DNA from: a virus
Reading direction: 5' to 3' (one strand)
Virus record (IMG/VR): IMGVR_UViG_3300017963_000257
Location: 9,681 to 73,680 of that record
DNA length: 64,000 nucleotides
Below, piece after piece: positions 1-9,680 of this stretch; position 1 is the first letter of the stretch, and the number at the start of each line of letters is the position of its first letter. The notes below the pieces were generated by a model. The model had not been told where the DNA came from, did not search any database, and saw only the letters and a program-made list of their open reading frames with translations. Position numbers and translations under genes: made by a program.

Positions 1-462
1 TCAGACGAGATTGTTGCCTTTGAAAGATGGCTCAGGTGGGACTTCTGGGGAAACATCTTCTTTCTGAAATCAGAAATTGCGGGGTTTCCGAAGACCTTTA
101 CCGTTGAAGAGGCGATTGATTTTGACAAGAACCAGGAACCGATTTTCAAGGAAATTCAAAAAAAGCCGGAGAGATGTATCGAGACAACCTTCCCGGTGTC
201 CCAGATAGAAAACATTGAGAGTATGGCGAAGGCGATGTTGGGCGTTAAGCATGGCAGTTTGAACGATACGGCAGGCATTCCGAACGAAGACATCCTGAAG
301 AGGTTAGGATTCAGAGGATACAAGCGGCTGAGGCTTAAAAAAGCGACGGAAGACAAACGGTTCCCCAAGACGATTTTGGCGGTGGACCAGGAAGCACACC
401 AAGAATCAACCGAAGCCGAACCCCCGAAAAAAGGGAAGAAGGCTTCACAACAGGATCAATAA
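1..462 (+). CDS. Probable portal protein, C-terminal part (5' truncated by window)
   Basis: Frame 1 is open from base 1 (SDEIVAFERWLRWDFWG...) into the listed 196..462 ORF; it lies immediately upstream of protease/capsid genes. The function is inferred from synteny. Confidence 0.5.
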   Translation, partial: SDEIVAFERWLRWDFWGNIFFLKSEIAGFPKTFTVEEAIDFDKNQEPIFKEIQKKPERCIETTFPVSQIENIESMAKAMLGVKHGSLNDTAGIPNEDILKRLGFRGYKRLRLKKATEDKRFPKTILAVDQEAHQESTEAEPPKKGKKASQQDQ

Positions 463-531
463 CGCCAGGGTGATCCTCCCAACAACCGGACCCTGTTTCG
501 ACGGTAGGCCAGCCTGAAAAAACGGGGAGTG

Positions 532-586
532 AGCGAAAGGGCAGAATAGTGGGCCGCCCACACCTACTACTCTGCCCTTCGCTTTT
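532..586 (+). promoter_or_regulatory. Strong hairpin with short U-tract upstream of the head protease gene (terminator/attenuator-like)
   Basis: AGCGAAAGGGCAGA (532-545) pairs with TCTGCCCTTCGCT (571-583), followed by a short T run. Confidence 0.5.
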
Positions 587-606
587 CCGGGACAGGGGAA
601 TAAGCG

Positions 607-2127
607 ATGAGCACAAATTTTGATATTGCGGCCCACGATGAGTTCTTTGGGGTTACACCAGAAGAACGCGAATCTTTCGCTACGAAAGATGATCGCAAAA
701 AGCCGGGCGGATCCAATGCTGGCACTTACAAAAAGGGACCGTTCTGCGGACCAAGCGGCGGGGCCCCAAAAGGCACATACCCGGTGGATACCCGAAAAAG
801 GGCCATTGCCGCCATTGCTTATGCGCGTCACGCACCTAACCCTGCGGGAATTAAAAAGTGTGTTTGCAGACATTGGCCGGACTTGCCGGCCTGCAAGACC
901 AGCAAGAAAAAGGAGAAGCAGTCCATGGAAGTTGAAATGAAGGTCCCGAAGTCAGCCCTTCATTTTATGGATCATGAGGGGTTCGCAAGAGCTGTAAGCC
1001 GTGGCGACGAGGAAGGGTTCCAGATGGTTGCGTACAGCGGAGGGATAATCCCAAAGCATTGGTATTGGGGTGATCTCCTGATTGACCTGTCTGGAATGAA
1101 GTTTCCGAAATCAACCTATCCCATTCTCGAATCCCACGATACCAACCGTAAAATCGCATTTGCAAAAAAGCCAGACATTTCCATGGGGGCGATTGAGTTC
1201 AATTCGGCGCAATTTGTTGACACTCCTGTCAGCGAAGAATTCCGAAAGCTATCGAAATTAGGCTTCCCCTATGAGGCAAGTATATACGCAATGCCAACAG
1301 CAGTCGAAAGAATTGAGGCCGGTGAATCCGGAGAGGCTAACGGCCTTACCGTGAAGGGCCCGGCGTCAATATGGCGGAAATCAGTATTCAAGGAAGCCTC
1401 TGTTTGTGTCTTTGGGTACGACTCGAATACTCGGTCAACCGCTTTTGCGGATGAAGACGTTGATCTTACCGTCGAATCGGTCGGCGGTTTCCACAAAGAA
1501 CAGGCCCAGAAGGGGGCCACCAAAAAGGAGGTGAAGGTAATGCCGAACACCATTGAGGAACTCAAAGCCGAAAGCCCGGATTTGTATCAGGAAATCAGGG
1601 ATGAGGCCGAGCGGGATCTTAAAGCCTCCTTCGAAGCCGTTAAGAAAGGCCTCGAAGACCAGGTTGCGGATCTCAAGGACCAACTTCAGCAAAAGGACGT
1701 GGAGAAGGAACAGTTGGAGGAGCGGATTCTGAAGTTGGAAAAGTCGGATTACATCCGCACGGAACAGGAGAAGCGCAACCGGATTGACAGTGCGGCCGAC
1801 CGTATCTGGACCAGGGCACTTTCTGCGTGTGACATTCCTGAACACATGCACGAGAAGGTTCAGAAGATGGTCAAGGCCGATGCGTTTGTCAAGGACGGAG
1901 CACTGGATGAGGAAGTCTTCAGCCAAGCCGTCCAGGCGGAAATTGAGGAATGGGAAGGCAAGGGCATGACCGTATCCGTTCTGGGTACGGGCTTCAGTGG
2001 AGACAAGGACGGTCACGAAACTGATCCTGACGCCAAAACTGCCAAGCAAATGGAAGAGGAAGACGACGCCTGGGTCAAGGAGATGCAAGCTCTCGGTGGC
2101 CAGGCAGAGGAAGGAGGTGAAGCGTAA
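607..2127 (+). CDS. Prohead protease-scaffold fusion with N-terminal Cys/Gly-rich extra domain
   Basis: AYSGG...IDLSGM...PILESHD and YEASI/EASVC motifs of phage head-maturation proteases; acidic coiled-coil C-terminal half; precedes decoration and capsid genes. Confidence 0.75.
   Translation: MSTNFDIAAHDEFFGVTPEERESFATKDDRKKPGGSNAGTYKKGPFCGPSGGAPKGTYPVDTRKRAIAAIAYARHAPNPAGIKKCVCRHWPDLPACKTSKKKEKQSMEVEMKVPKSALHFMDHEGFARAVSRGDEEGFQMVAYSGGIIPKHWYWGDLLIDLSGMKFPKSTYPILESHDTNRKIAFAKKPDISMGAIEFNSAQFVDTPVSEEFRKLSKLGFPYEASIYAMPTAVERIEAGESGEANGLTVKGPASIWRKSVFKEASVCVFGYDSNTRSTAFADEDVDLTVESVGGFHKEQAQKGATKKEVKVMPNTIEELKAESPDLYQEIRDEAERDLKASFEAVKKGLEDQVADLKDQLQQKDVEKEQLEERILKLEKSDYIRTEQEKRNRIDSAADRIWTRALSACDIPEHMHEKVQKMVKADAFVKDGALDEEVFSQAVQAEIEEWEGKGMTVSVLGTGFSGDKDGHETDPDAKTAKQMEEEDDAWVKEMQALGGQAEEGGEA
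1540..2127 (+). CDS. Nested in-frame scaffold protein (internal start)
   Basis: Strong SD AAGGAGGTG upstream of the in-frame ATG at 1540 (MPNTIEELKAE...), at the start of the coiled-coil domain. Confidence 0.55.
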   Translation: MPNTIEELKAESPDLYQEIRDEAERDLKASFEAVKKGLEDQVADLKDQLQQKDVEKEQLEERILKLEKSDYIRTEQEKRNRIDSAADRIWTRALSACDIPEHMHEKVQKMVKADAFVKDGALDEEVFSQAVQAEIEEWEGKGMTVSVLGTGFSGDKDGHETDPDAKTAKQMEEEDDAWVKEMQALGGQAEEGGEA

Positions 2128-2822
2128 TGTACGGATCTCAGCCTTATGGAACTGTGTTGACGGGCGCAACTGATCTTCGCGCCCTGTTTAAAAGCCCCCC
2201 GGAGCAGGCAAGGATCAAGGACATCTCCATCCCTGCCGGGTATGGTGTGATCCCTGCCGGTACCGCAATGGGGATCATTACGGAGTCCACGAATCGGGCA
2301 GGAATGTACGTCCCGTATGTGTGTGCCGATAACGGCCTGTCCGCTGGGTTGACCACCTACCCTGGACTTGCATACCTGACAGCAGACGTTTCTGCAAGCA
2401 CAACGATCTATATGACCATGGATGACAGCTACAAGTTCGCGGTGGGGGACCATCTGGGTGGTGGTGACAGCACCTATGATGGCGCTTCAGGTATTGACTG
2501 CGGGGCCATTTCGTCCATTGATCGAACCACGTATTCGCACATTGCGGCGATTGTGGTTGCGAATACGATTACAGCCTTGACCATGACCCTTGGTGCGTGC
2601 GTGTGGATCCAAACCAAAACGGCAGCCCCATTTGTTCAAGCGAAGGGATTCCTTGCTGGCGCGGTTGATACCGGAACGGGCGAGAATGCAAAAGGCGGTC
2701 AGGGCAACTTGGTATTTGGAAACGCTGAACTTTATGAGGGAGCCTTGTACGGCTATGACGCTGAGGTTTTAGCTGACCTCAGTGGCGCAGCTGACATGGG
2801 CACGACCATCTATCTGCCGTAA
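2127..2822 (+). CDS. Head decoration/cement protein
   Basis: Lies between scaffold and capsid; GYGVIPAGTAMG motif typical of lambda gpD-like decoration proteins. Confidence 0.6.
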   Translation: MYGSQPYGTVLTGATDLRALFKSPPEQARIKDISIPAGYGVIPAGTAMGIITESTNRAGMYVPYVCADNGLSAGLTTYPGLAYLTADVSASTTIYMTMDDSYKFAVGDHLGGGDSTYDGASGIDCGAISSIDRTTYSHIAAIVVANTITALTMTLGACVWIQTKTAAPFVQAKGFLAGAVDTGTGENAKGGQGNLVFGNAELYEGALYGYDAEVLADLSGAADMGTTIYLP

Positions 2823-2843
2823 ACTGGAAGGAGGTGAAGCAGA

Positions 2844-4067
2844 ATGACCATTCGAGCAAGTGATTTTCCTGATCTTCGACTTTCAAGACTTCAGAAACTC
2901 ATCGAAACGTGGCAAACGCCTCCTTCGCTGTTTCTCTTGAAGTTGTTCGGTCAGGACAACTGGGAGTCTGACAACATCAAATGGGAAACCCAGATCGGAA
3001 ACCGGGGTTTGACGCCTTTCGTAGCGCCCGGGTCTCCGTCCCCGACCACAGCCCCTATGGGCGTTGGCGCCGGGGCGGCCTTTGCGGCTTTCTGGAAGGA
3101 AAAGATTCCGTTCGGTGAGGAGTTTTTGAACAACCTTCGTGAGCCTGGAACGACCGCCAAGTACATGACGGCCAAGAAACGTATTGCCAAGGAAACCCAA
3201 TCCCTGAAGAACCGTTCGGAGCGGCGCAGGGAATGGATGTTCGCAAAGATGATGTGCGGGGCCTCATTCACCTATTCGGTGATGAACGGCTTGAAATACA
3301 CCATCGATTACAATGTCCCATCTGACAACGTGGTCACCCTTGCGGCGGCCGATCAATGGGATGACGGTGCGAACGCGAACATCGTTGAGGACATCTTTGA
3401 TGCCCGAAATGCGATGCGGAAGGCGAACGGCGGGATCATCGATTACGCCATCTTCACGACCGACGTTTTGAAGTACATGATTCTGGACACATCGATCCAG
3501 AACCTTCTCACGAAATCGGCCTTTGGAGACGGTGACCTTTTTACAAGGTCCGCACAAACCCTCGGCGCCCTCCTGAACATCAAGAACATGGTCGTTTACG
3601 ATGAAACGTACCAGATAAGGTCATGGTTGACTGCGGTGGTGACTGCCGATTCGACCACCACGATCAGCGTGGACGATGCGACGGACTTCGAGGCCGGAGA
3701 TACACTGTCCTTCTATGATGTGTCCGCTCGCACCAAGGAAGCGGAGACCATCTCAAGCGTAGACGTGCAGGCCGGTACCGTCACGGTTTCATCGGCGCCA
3801 TCGACTTCCTACAAGTCGCAGGAAGATTACGTTTACACGAACAAAAACTACATTCCAACGGACAAATTCGTGATGTTCTGCTCTACCGTTGAGGACAACA
3901 AAATCGCTGAATTTGCCAATGCACCGTTCGACCTGGATAGGCATTACGGCCTGAAGGTGGATAGCCATGTGGAATGGGATCCGGACGCTATTGTCGTTCG
4001 AGTCCAGAACAAGGGAATCCCGGTACTTTATCAGGAAGACGCCCTCTACATCCTGGATGTGGCTTAA
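2844..4067 (+). CDS. Major capsid protein (lambda gpE-like family) with beta-rich insertion
   Basis: TPFVAPG, RREWMFAKMM, YTIDYNVP, QWDD...NIVEDI motifs; strong SD; synteny. Confidence 0.85.
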   Translation: MTIRASDFPDLRLSRLQKLIETWQTPPSLFLLKLFGQDNWESDNIKWETQIGNRGLTPFVAPGSPSPTTAPMGVGAGAAFAAFWKEKIPFGEEFLNNLREPGTTAKYMTAKKRIAKETQSLKNRSERRREWMFAKMMCGASFTYSVMNGLKYTIDYNVPSDNVVTLAAADQWDDGANANIVEDIFDARNAMRKANGGIIDYAIFTTDVLKYMILDTSIQNLLTKSAFGDGDLFTRSAQTLGALLNIKNMVVYDETYQIRSWLTAVVTADSTTTISVDDATDFEAGDTLSFYDVSARTKEAETISSVDVQAGTVTVSSAPSTSYKSQEDYVYTNKNYIPTDKFVMFCSTVEDNKIAEFANAPFDLDRHYGLKVDSHVEWDPDAIVVRVQNKGIPVLYQEDALYILDVA

Positions 4068-4099
4068 CGCCCCTCCGGGGAGAAAGGAGGTGATTTCCG

Positions 4100-4579
4100 A
4101 TGGCAAAATCGAGAAAGTACAAGGGACCAAATCCAAATCCAGGGTTTGCAAAGCAGGTAAACGAAGTCGTTGAACCCACGCTGAAAGCTGTTTTCTCCGG
4201 TGAGATTACCAATACGATACGCGGTTATCCTCTGGGTGCTGCCAAGTATGCCGGTAATGTGTCGGATGTTTGGATGTCGGCTTTGGCAAGCGGGAAAGAT
4301 GATTCCAACACGCTGCAGGTGGCCCTTGATGTAAAGATCAATGGCACAACCTGCCTGACAACCCAGCCGGTCATTGCACATGTATCCGGTGAAGCGTCAA
4401 CAAACAAAACAACCAAAGAAAGTGGTGATACGGGTATCACCCAGGCGGCTCTCAGTTCGTCAAAGAGTTACTCGCCGGGCGATATGTTCACCTGCGATCT
4501 GGTGCTAACCAGAACTTCTACGCCAACGACTGAGATGTCGAATGTTGCTGTGGTTGTGGATCTGGAACCCAGCAACTAA
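4100..4579 (+). CDS. Virion structural protein (beta-rich, putative minor capsid)
   Basis: SD AAGGAGGTG; follows the capsid gene; Thr/Ser/Gly-rich. Confidence 0.55.
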   Translation: MAKSRKYKGPNPNPGFAKQVNEVVEPTLKAVFSGEITNTIRGYPLGAAKYAGNVSDVWMSALASGKDDSNTLQVALDVKINGTTCLTTQPVIAHVSGEASTNKTTKESGDTGITQAALSSSKSYSPGDMFTCDLVLTRTSTPTTEMSNVAVVVDLEPSN

Positions 4580-4613
4580 TCCCACAATCCTCTAAATTGC
4601 GAGGAAACGAATC

Positions 4614-4802
4614 ATGGCTATCCGATTGAATGTCTTTTGTAATGGACAGGTTGCGCAGAACCGCAACTATTTGGATAAGTTTGACCGAGTGAAATGGAAC
4701 CCGGGAGCCGTCAAACGTGACGCTCTCGGGATTCCTATTTCTTATGGTCGGAAAGATATGCCGATGAGGGAGGTGGGAAAGGATGCCGACTTACAGAAAT
4801 GA
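4614..4802 (+). CDS. Hypothetical protein
   Basis: SD GAGG; in late operon. Confidence 0.45.
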   Translation: MAIRLNVFCNGQVAQNRNYLDKFDRVKWNPGAVKRDALGIPISYGRKDMPMREVGKDADLQK

Positions 4803-5214
4803 TTCAACGACAACTACGTACCGTATCCGGGACATAGACGGAAACCCCCAGAATGTCATTCCAGGGCACACCGTTCAGACGTTCGCAAGAACCGTTCCGG
4901 ACGATTTCACGAAAACAAGCGATTCGCCTTATTGCGAGCGCAAAATATATGCGAGTGGCGAGGATGTGTTCACTGAAGCTGTTTGCCCGAAGGGCCACTT
5001 CAACACCAGTGTGAGCGGAGAGTTTACGGGGACCGTCCGACTGGAAAGATCATTCGATGGGTTTGCCACAGCCAAGACAATGGATACGTTCACATATCCG
5101 CTTGAGGATGACTACAACGACGAGGACCCAAACGCACAGTACAGACTGGGTGCCAGAGCCAATGAAATCACGGCCGGGTGCGTTACTGTTGTATTGAGCC
5201 TCCCAGAAAGATAG
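4783..5214 (+). CDS. Hypothetical virion protein
   Basis: SD GGAGGT; SVSGEFTGTVRLERSFDG motif common in small phage beta-sandwich proteins. Confidence 0.55.
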   Translation: MPTYRNDSTTTTYRIRDIDGNPQNVIPGHTVQTFARTVPDDFTKTSDSPYCERKIYASGEDVFTEAVCPKGHFNTSVSGEFTGTVRLERSFDGFATAKTMDTFTYPLEDDYNDEDPNAQYRLGARANEITAGCVTVVLSLPER

Positions 5215-5226
5215 GAGGGCAAGAGG

Positions 5227-7233
5227 ATGAAAAGGCTCTTTTCGACCATCATATTTTTCACAATCCTTGCGATTGCCGGGCAGGTTTTCGCAGAACGCCC
5301 ATCTTTTATCAGAAACAGGGATACCCCGCAAACGTATGCTGGTGAAGCCGGGAAGGTCCCTGTTGTCAAGAGCACTGAGGACGGGCTTGAGTTTACGGGT
5401 GGGCCTACTTGGACATCGTTATCTCTCGACCATAACACTGAAACACTTACCGGAGATAAAACCTTTGCGACAACCGATGTCCCAGTGCATTTTCTTGATC
5501 CAGGCGGGGCAGATAGAAACATAAACCTCTTTGCTGAAACAGCTGGTAAAGACAGACAGTTCATTATCATTAATACTGCTGACGGCTCTGGAGAAGATCT
5601 TACCGTCAAGGACGATACACCATCCACCCTTGGCATTATCGGCCCCAAAATGGGGGCGCTGGTTTCCTGCGATGGAACGTATTGGAAGATGGTGTCATTC
5701 GTCACAGGCGATGGCACAACTCTCTATATTGACGGGGTAGCCGGAACAATTACGGTCAACGGTGCAACCATAGCAGGTGGGACCAATACCTTCTCAATCA
5801 CCAATGGAACCGCCTCCCTGGATGTTGCGGCGGCGGCGGTTGTGGACATCGACAAGTCCCTGACCGTGGACGGTCAGAAGACCACGATTACAGGGGTAAC
5901 TCAGGCAAACACCCTTACCCTGAACGAATCTTTTGCTGTCGGGGATGGATACAGTGGAACCCTGACGTTCTCGGGGTCTGGCAAGACGTTGACGGTGGAG
6001 GATACATCTGCTGTCAATCAAGACCTGACCACAGATGCTTCCCCAACATTCGTTACCATAGACCCCACAGGCGTAACCGACAATAACATCCCCAAGGTAG
6101 CGAGTGGCGCAGCGGGGTTTGCCGACTCCCCCCTGAGCACAGACGGAACCACAGTCTCAGCGACCGGACCTATCGCTTCCGGTGCTTCCCCAACCCCTAC
6201 TACCAACTTCAAAGATAACGACTGCGAAGATGGCGATGTCAATGCCAAGATTTATGGCAATCTGTCAGATCCATCGGCTGGTGCACAATATATGGATATG
6301 TTCTGGCAAGCCCAGATCAATGGCATACTTACTACCTTCATGGCTTTTGATGCATCCGGTTCATATTTGTATTCGGTGTACGGTATTGGAATTGGAACAA
6401 CAACCCCTGACACCCTGTTAGAAGTCAGTGAGGACAGTGCTGATTCGGAAGTAACCATATCGGCGTATCATGACACAGAAGCTACATCACCAACATTGGT
6501 TACAAGAAAAGCCGAAGGTACGGAAGCCTCTCATGCCACTCCGGTAGATGATAACGCCGTTTTGGGCACATGGAAAATGCAAGCCTACGATGGAGATTCA
6601 TGGGCCAATGGCGCATACATTCAGGCTCGTGTGGACGGTACGCCAGCCGATGGTGATATGCCGACTGAGGTTGTGATTGCGACAAGTGCCTCTGGTTCTG
6701 AAACCCCAACAGAGCGGCTTACAATCGACCCTGCTGGTTTAGTGAAAGTCACCACTGCAAACATAACTGCCGGATCTGGCTCTGGAGTAACGGTTAACAG
6801 CACGGGAAATCTTAATTCGCATCTCTACAAAGTTACGACCACTTATGCTGCCTACTCGGATACGGATACCACCAAGGGGATTGTTATTGCTACCCTTCCG
6901 GCCAAGACCAAGATTATCGGATTTTATGCAGACACGACTGCGGCGTACACTGGTGGTACTGTGTCAGCGGCCACGCTGGAAGTCGGAATCACGGCAGAGG
7001 GAGCAGCAGAGATATTAGCTGCTCACGATGTCCTTTCCGGCGCTGTCACGAAAGGTTTGGCAGATGCCGACATGGGTACAGGCATGACAAGGGCTGCGGC
7101 TATACAGGGCGGTTATCTGCCAAGCTGGACAGGAACCACTGAGATTTATGCAACGATTGACACGACAGACGGGAACACCAACGCTTTAACGGCAGGATCA
7201 ACGACTTTTTATGTCGAGACTGAAAGATATTAA
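5227..7233 (+). CDS. Fibre-like beta-rich protein with N-terminal signal peptide
   Basis: MKRLFSTIIFFTILAIAGQVFA signal-like N-terminus; GIGTTTPDTLLEV and ERLTIDPAGLV fibre repeats; Thr/Gly/Ala-rich. Confidence 0.7.
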   Translation: MKRLFSTIIFFTILAIAGQVFAERPSFIRNRDTPQTYAGEAGKVPVVKSTEDGLEFTGGPTWTSLSLDHNTETLTGDKTFATTDVPVHFLDPGGADRNINLFAETAGKDRQFIIINTADGSGEDLTVKDDTPSTLGIIGPKMGALVSCDGTYWKMVSFVTGDGTTLYIDGVAGTITVNGATIAGGTNTFSITNGTASLDVAAAAVVDIDKSLTVDGQKTTITGVTQANTLTLNESFAVGDGYSGTLTFSGSGKTLTVEDTSAVNQDLTTDASPTFVTIDPTGVTDNNIPKVASGAAGFADSPLSTDGTTVSATGPIASGASPTPTTNFKDNDCEDGDVNAKIYGNLSDPSAGAQYMDMFWQAQINGILTTFMAFDASGSYLYSVYGIGIGTTTPDTLLEVSEDSADSEVTISAYHDTEATSPTLVTRKAEGTEASHATPVDDNAVLGTWKMQAYDGDSWANGAYIQARVDGTPADGDMPTEVVIATSASGSETPTERLTIDPAGLVKVTTANITAGSGSGVTVNSTGNLNSHLYKVTTTYAAYSDTDTTKGIVIATLPAKTKIIGFYADTTAAYTGGTVSAATLEVGITAEGAAEILAAHDVLSGAVTKGLADADMGTGMTRAAAIQGGYLPSWTGTTEIYATIDTTDGNTNALTAGSTTFYVETERY

Positions 7234-7236
7234 GCC

Positions 7237-8691
7237 ATGAAAAAATATCTCATAGCAATAGCCGTCCTGCTCTTCTCTGCTACATGGGCATGGGCGGGTA
7301 TAGAAGCACCTGTAGACCACTGGCCGCTGACTCAAGATTGGATGGAATCGAGTACGGTTGTCTCAGACGTAGGCACAGGTGGCAATCATGGGACGCTGGT
7401 GAATGCGCCGGTTGTGGGGGCCACTTATACAACTTTTGATGGTGTAAATCAAAATGTAGTTGCTGCATCAGTTTTTGGGGATGTTGATTTCAAGGCAACG
7501 GCATTTTCCATATCGATGTGGCTCAATCAGGATTGTTCTGATGGCGATTATAGCATGTTTGTTAATTTTGGGTGTGCAACTGGTACAAACTTCAGAATAA
7601 TAGCGGTTATCAATAGTAAAACCTACATTAAGTTTATATTCCATCGGGCAGACAATAATACGCTTGGCCGTATTGCTATTGAGGGATTAAACACTTTTAC
7701 CTGCGGATCGTTGCATCATGTTGTCATCACACATAACGGTGGGGCACCAAGCACCACAAACACGAAGATTTACATGGATAATGTCGATGTTACAAATACG
7801 ACAGGCGTTGGGACTTTTGATGCCTATCAGGTAAATGCCATCAAAATATCATACGGCGATGCCAATGGTTTCACCGGCTTCATCTCCGATGGTCGCATCT
7901 ACCCCCACGCCCTATCCGCTGACGATGTAGCCGCCCTGTACGCTCTTGGGCGAAATTCATTACCGGCAAGCGGGGGGAATACTGTGGAGGGCGTAACCAC
8001 AAGCCTCGTCCAGTTCGACGACCAGACCGCCTACATTGACGCTGCGGGGGATGGCGGGGAGTTTTTGTGGTTGCCAGACACAGACTTGAGCCAGTACTCT
8101 TCCCACACGCCACGGTATAAAGTCGTAGTCTATGATGTGACCAACGACAAGTACCTCATTGGCTATGCCGGTGCTGCTGGGGGCGGGGAGGCTCTGGGTG
8201 GAGATTTACTTGCTGGTTGGAATTTAACGGTGGGATGGACTGAATCAGCAGCAATAATAAACGATGCTGATACTTTCACTACCTTGGGTGCAGGTGCAAT
8301 TTATAAAAATGCAAACGTACTTTCTGCGAAAGAATTATATAAAATTTCCACAGTTGGTGCGAGTACAGCATCGACAGTGAATTGGTATGCCATGTATTAT
8401 GGAGTTGGAATTTATTTAATATCAAGCGGCGTTACTGGGTCAGATTACCATACCGGATTGGCAAATTACACAAAACTATATATTAAAAACATGTCTGCCG
8501 GAGTAACTGATATAACTTCAATGACTCTCAAGCGTGTCACCGACTGCGCCACAACCGGACTCCACATCTATGATGCAGCCACGGGCGGCTCACGGGGTTG
8601 GGCGTCTGCCGAGTCGGGTTTTGACTACAATGCAACCAATCTGCGGGTGATGATTTACCCCGCTGGCACGGGAAACGCAGTGAGTTTTTAA
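7237..8691 (+). CDS. LamG/concanavalin-like lectin domain protein with signal peptide
   Basis: MKKYLIAIAVLLFSATWAWA; HWPL...GNHGTL, FSISMW, HHVVITH, FTGFISDGRIYPHALS LamG motifs. Confidence 0.75.
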   Translation: MKKYLIAIAVLLFSATWAWAGIEAPVDHWPLTQDWMESSTVVSDVGTGGNHGTLVNAPVVGATYTTFDGVNQNVVAASVFGDVDFKATAFSISMWLNQDCSDGDYSMFVNFGCATGTNFRIIAVINSKTYIKFIFHRADNNTLGRIAIEGLNTFTCGSLHHVVITHNGGAPSTTNTKIYMDNVDVTNTTGVGTFDAYQVNAIKISYGDANGFTGFISDGRIYPHALSADDVAALYALGRNSLPASGGNTVEGVTTSLVQFDDQTAYIDAAGDGGEFLWLPDTDLSQYSSHTPRYKVVVYDVTNDKYLIGYAGAAGGGEALGGDLLAGWNLTVGWTESAAIINDADTFTTLGAGAIYKNANVLSAKELYKISTVGASTASTVNWYAMYYGVGIYLISSGVTGSDYHTGLANYTKLYIKNMSAGVTDITSMTLKRVTDCATTGLHIYDAATGGSRGWASAESGFDYNATNLRVMIYPAGTGNAVSF

Positions 8692-8716
8692 CCCATCAAA
8701 AATAGAAAGGGGAGCT

Positions 8717-9136
8717 ATGAGAGTACAACTTTTAACGTCGATTAAGGCGAGGATATCACAAGGAGAAGGAGAGGAACGCCAACTGCTATCAAAGACGTGG
8801 CCGAGAGATAAAATATTTGACGATGCAAATGAATCCATCCCAGAGCCCATTCTTGAGCTGGTAAATTTAAAGGATCCATCCGTAATGGTATTGGGTGATC
8901 TTGGCAGTAACTCTCCCAATGCTGAAAATGATCGTTTGAAGGCAGAGCTTGCACAGGCCCTGAAGATCATCGATGATCTTGAGAAAAAACTGGAAGCTGA
9001 TGTTGAGGCTAAACCCAAAGAGTTTCCATGCCCTGTCAGTGGTTGCGATAAGGTCCTGCGGACACAGCAAGGCCTGAACAGTCACTTGACGCAGATGCAC
9101 CCTGATTTCAAGTGGGACGGGCCTGAAGGAGATTAG
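8717..9136 (+). CDS. Protein with coiled coil and C2H2 zinc finger
   Basis: CPVSGCDKVLRTQQGLNSHLTQMH. Confidence 0.7.
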   Translation: MRVQLLTSIKARISQGEGEERQLLSKTWPRDKIFDDANESIPEPILELVNLKDPSVMVLGDLGSNSPNAENDRLKAELAQALKIIDDLEKKLEADVEAKPKEFPCPVSGCDKVLRTQQGLNSHLTQMHPDFKWDGPEGD

Positions 9137-9595
9137 ATGACCGAAGCTGAACTCATTGCCAGGGTTACGCGGGAAATCATGGGCCTATCGGACAGCTTTG
9201 ATTCCGACAACTATGCCGATGCCGTTGATATGGCCGAAGCCGAAACAGGGTTCACGTGCCCTGTTACTTCTTCTTTCCAGATTATGTGGCTGATCCAAAG
9301 AACCAAGCGAGCACTGTTCTTTATGTTGACTTCTGGCGCTTCCAAGAAGGTCCGATTCGAAGATGTCCACCGCCAGCAAGAGTTTGAAAACCTGCGCAAG
9401 CTTATTAAGGACATGGATGATGATTTTGAAAGGGCCAAGAAGGACAGCGTATATGAGTTTGCTGGGGTTTCGGCCGTCCATATTTTCGGGACCAAGATTG
9501 ACGCTGGCTTCCAGTATGAGGACAGAACTGGCGCCGAGGCTACTTACCGGGACGATAATAAGGTAATCGTGAGTCCCAGTGATGGGGAGTCATGA
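9137..9595 (+). CDS. Putative head-tail adaptor
   Basis: Helical 152-aa protein in head-completion position. Confidence 0.45.
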   Translation: MTEAELIARVTREIMGLSDSFDSDNYADAVDMAEAETGFTCPVTSSFQIMWLIQRTKRALFFMLTSGASKKVRFEDVHRQQEFENLRKLIKDMDDDFERAKKDSVYEFAGVSAVHIFGTKIDAGFQYEDRTGAEATYRDDNKVIVSPSDGES

Positions 9596-9680
9596 CCGCC
9601 CACAACCGAGATCTTTTGTTGTGGTAACAACCGTTAACGAGCAACTAACCCTTTAGCTTCTTCCATGAGGGAAGGGCTTC

